Shown: positions 61,803 through 64,000 of the stretch, one piece after another | How positions within the stretch are numbered: the stretch's first letter is position 1 | Layout of the letters: each line of letters starts with the position of its first letter | Source: Selaginella moellendorffii | Taxonomy: Eukaryota; Plantae; Lycopodiophyta | Direction of reading: 5' to 3' | NCBI RefSeq assembly: GCF_000143415.4 | Contig: NW_003314271.1 | Span: 1,470,092 to 1,534,091 of the forward strand | DNA: 64,000 nucleotides | Notes under the pieces: generated by a model | Databases searched by the model: none | Told to the model about the DNA's origin: nothing | Seen by the model: only the letters and a program-made list of their open reading frames with translations | Position numbers and translations under genes: made by a program

Positions 61803-62199
61803 CGCTGTGGCAGCACAGCCAGATCCCTGCGACGATGAGAAGCAATCCCAGCGCGGTCTGCTTGAGCCGGAGGCGCTCGCCTAGCGCGCTCCCGGCCACA
61901 GCGGTTGCGGCGAATGTGGTGGCATTGGTGATGGGCACTGCCAGGGAGAGAGGACTCTCGGAGAGCTTGGCGAAGAACACGAGAGAGGCCGAGAGATTGA
62001 TCGCCAGGGGCAAGCTATACTCCCAAGTGCACAGGAGGAGGATCCAATCTCTTACAACCGCGCCTAGCCACGAATCTCCACCCGATTGACGCGCGCCGAG
62101 CTGCCGATTCCGGCGATCCAGCGCCGAGGTCCCTCGCTTCATCAGCGCATTCGTGGTGCCCCAGATCGAGCCAGTGACGAGCATCCATTCTACTGCCAT
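61792..62199 (-). CDS. TMEM234: TMEM234-like small membrane protein (DMT/EamA fold)
   Basis: 135 aa; LVTGSIWGTTNALMKRG, YSLPLAINLSAS, LSLAVPITNATTF, GLLLIVAGIWLC. Confidence 0.88.
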   Translation of the reverse strand: MAVEWMLVTGSIWGTTNALMKRGTSALDRRNRQLGARQSGGDSWLGAVVRDWILLLCTWEYSLPLAINLSASLVFFAKLSESPLSLAVPITNATTFAATAVAGSALGERLRLKQTALGLLLIVAGIWLCCHSARD

Positions 62200-62394
62200 T
62201 TTCCCCAAGAACCCTAAAATTTGGGATCGTCGGATATTCCTTTCTTGCGGTTGTGACACGTGGCGGCGGCATGATTTCAACGGATCAGATTTTCTTGCCC
62301 CGTTTTCGAATGACCTGTGGAGGGGGAAAATTCGTTTTCTTTGTCTCTCGCTTCTTGGCCGGTCGCGTCCGCCAAGGTCGATCGATCACGCGCG

Positions 62395-63324
62395 ATGCCG
62401 CCAGTGGTTCTCGACAATATTTCCAGCTGCCGCTCGTCGCCGATCCACTGGAATCCCACTCCAGTCCCAGCGCCGGCCTTCGATGGATTCGTCCCCGACC
62501 TCGCGGTGCCGGAGGATCTATCGTGGGAGCACTGCATCCGGATCCTCAACAACAGCGGCCGATCGCTCCCCAGGAGCTCTGGCTACCCGGTTTTTGGCAG
62601 CCAGCGCTACAAGAGGTCTGGAATCGCTCGGAATCTCGCAAGCTCGATCAGCAGGGCCACCAGCCCCATGGCGTCCGAGTTCTCCACAATCTCCCCTCTT
62701 TTCGACGGCCAGCCCCAGCTCAAGCGCTCGGCAACCGCGCGGCAGCTCAATGCGTGCTCGGTGAGCCGCGCGACGAGCCCTCTCCCCTCGGAATTCTCGG
62801 ATTTCCCCACCACCACCAAGGATTTCGAGCAGCACAGCAAGGATTTCGACCAGCGCAGCCTCGACATCGATCTTGCCGGCTCGCCGGGCAAGAACAGCGG
62901 CCCTGGGATCATGAAGAAGATCTTCGGTCAGCTGGCCGGAGCTGGGAAGAACCGCCTGTCCAGATCGTCGTCCCTCTCCAGCAGCGCTCGCAGATCGGCG
63001 AAGAAATCCGGGGCAAAATCTCCCCCACCGCGGCTCTCTTGCGTCGCCCTCACCGGCGATGGCGATCCAAGGATCTCTTCGGTAAATCTTGGCGCTGACG
63101 ACGAGATCTCGATCGATTGCGAGCAGGAGCTGGGATCCAGGAACATGAGGCGCTGGCTCCAGTACCAGCAGTGGATGGCGATGGTGGCCCGGGCCGAGAA
63201 TAATCTCAGCGAGCTCTCCAGCATGCTCCAGTACGCGGTGAAATCCATGGCGGACTCCCGGGAGATGGATTTCTTCGTGGAGGAGATGCAGCAGCGGCAA
63301 TCGAGCATCTACTACGCGAGCTGA
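62395..63324 (+). CDS. Intronless Ser-rich hypothetical protein
   Basis: 309-aa ORF with genic GC3 bias; no family recognised with confidence. Confidence 0.7.
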   Translation: MPPVVLDNISSCRSSPIHWNPTPVPAPAFDGFVPDLAVPEDLSWEHCIRILNNSGRSLPRSSGYPVFGSQRYKRSGIARNLASSISRATSPMASEFSTISPLFDGQPQLKRSATARQLNACSVSRATSPLPSEFSDFPTTTKDFEQHSKDFDQRSLDIDLAGSPGKNSGPGIMKKIFGQLAGAGKNRLSRSSSLSSSARRSAKKSGAKSPPPRLSCVALTGDGDPRISSVNLGADDEISIDCEQELGSRNMRRWLQYQQWMAMVARAENNLSELSSMLQYAVKSMADSREMDFFVEEMQQRQSSIYYAS

Positions 63325-63412
63325 GAAAGTGTTCTTCGATCTATCCTAAATTTAAAAATCCCCTTCTATTTGTTATTTTGTTTCAGGTTTTTAGGTTTAG
63401 GGTTCTTGGGCA

Positions 63413-64000
63413 ATGGAGCACCAAGAGGATTCCAAGAAGCGCAAGATCAAGGAGGAGTCGGATCTTCACGATGCGCCAATGGAGGGATACGAGGCGCCGG
63501 TGCCGCTGCGCTTGTCTCGGGACGATTTGAAGCGATTGCTGGAGCCCTTGAGCAAGGAGCAGCTTGTGGCACTTCTCACCGACGCGTAAGGCCTCTCTTC
63601 TCTCTCTCGCTCGTTTCTTTCTCTTTCTTTTCTCTCAGATCATACCGGTACTCCACCTTTGTGCTTCGATTTGGATCCGAATTCCGCAAAGAGAGGGCAG
63701 CGATGGTGTTATGGTTTTACTTGTGGACTGGTTTTTTCTTGTTTCGAAGGACATTGGTGGAGTATTTGTGTTTGATTTGCTCCTCATTCTTCTTTTTTTC
63801 ATCCTGGATTTTTCTGGATGGATTGACTGGGAATGCTTGTCCTTGTGGGTTTTTGTATCTGCAGAGGTTCTCAATACTCTGCGGTTGCAGATGATATTAG
63901 AGAAGTTGCGAGCAAAGATCCTGCTCATCGGAAGCTCTTTGTGCGTGGGCTGGCTTGGGAGACTACTTCACAGGATCTGCGTGAAGTGAGTGTTTTTTCA
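63413..64000 (+). CDS. UBA2C: UBP1-associated protein 2C-like RRM protein, 5' part
   Basis: [20 protein letters not shown] / intron / [40 protein letters not shown]. Confidence 0.88.

Noticed and set aside
62317-63324. Assignment to the MAKR/BKI1 family
   Set aside because: Only vague Ser-rich similarity; the diagnostic ADELF motif is absent

Overview
Eukaryotic land-plant nuclear DNA. Introns of about 50-60 bp, intergenic gaps under 100 bp, S-motif-rich PLS PPR genes and a Tcn1-type chromovirus point to a lycophyte such as Selaginella (inference). There are three zones. (1) 1-4.5 kb: the 3' part of an IRE-like AGC kinase, an intronless tail-anchored coiled-coil gene and a decayed dienelactone-hydrolase gene. 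(2) 4.8-44.4 kb: a repeat island built from three tandem copies of a ~4.8-5.0 kb unit (an unknown ~340-aa ORF plus a PPR-derived fragment), followed by an inverted partial copy. Copy 1 carries a non-chromovirus Ty3/gypsy element (7101-24917, TSD CCACC) and an L1-type LINE (26462-32412). The gypsy element itself contains a full-length chromovirus (13082-18648, TSD CTCAC) and a 1.74-kb solo LTR (22613-24351, TSD ATCAG) holding a 6/11-12/35-bp higher-order repeat. The chromovirus shows a self-priming PBS and a GGGAAAC-plus-pseudoknot -1 frameshift signal. Copy 3 carries a 637-bp almost fully palindromic TG...CA element with a 5-bp TSD, the most unusual object found. (3) 45-64 kb: a gene-dense block (TGD3, PPR-E, F-box, papain-like pseudogene, AAE14/MenE, R3HCC1L-like, PPR, TMEM234-like, a hypothetical gene, UBA2c-like) with relics of local duplications followed by reciprocal gene loss. 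All alignments and mismatch counts were done by eye.
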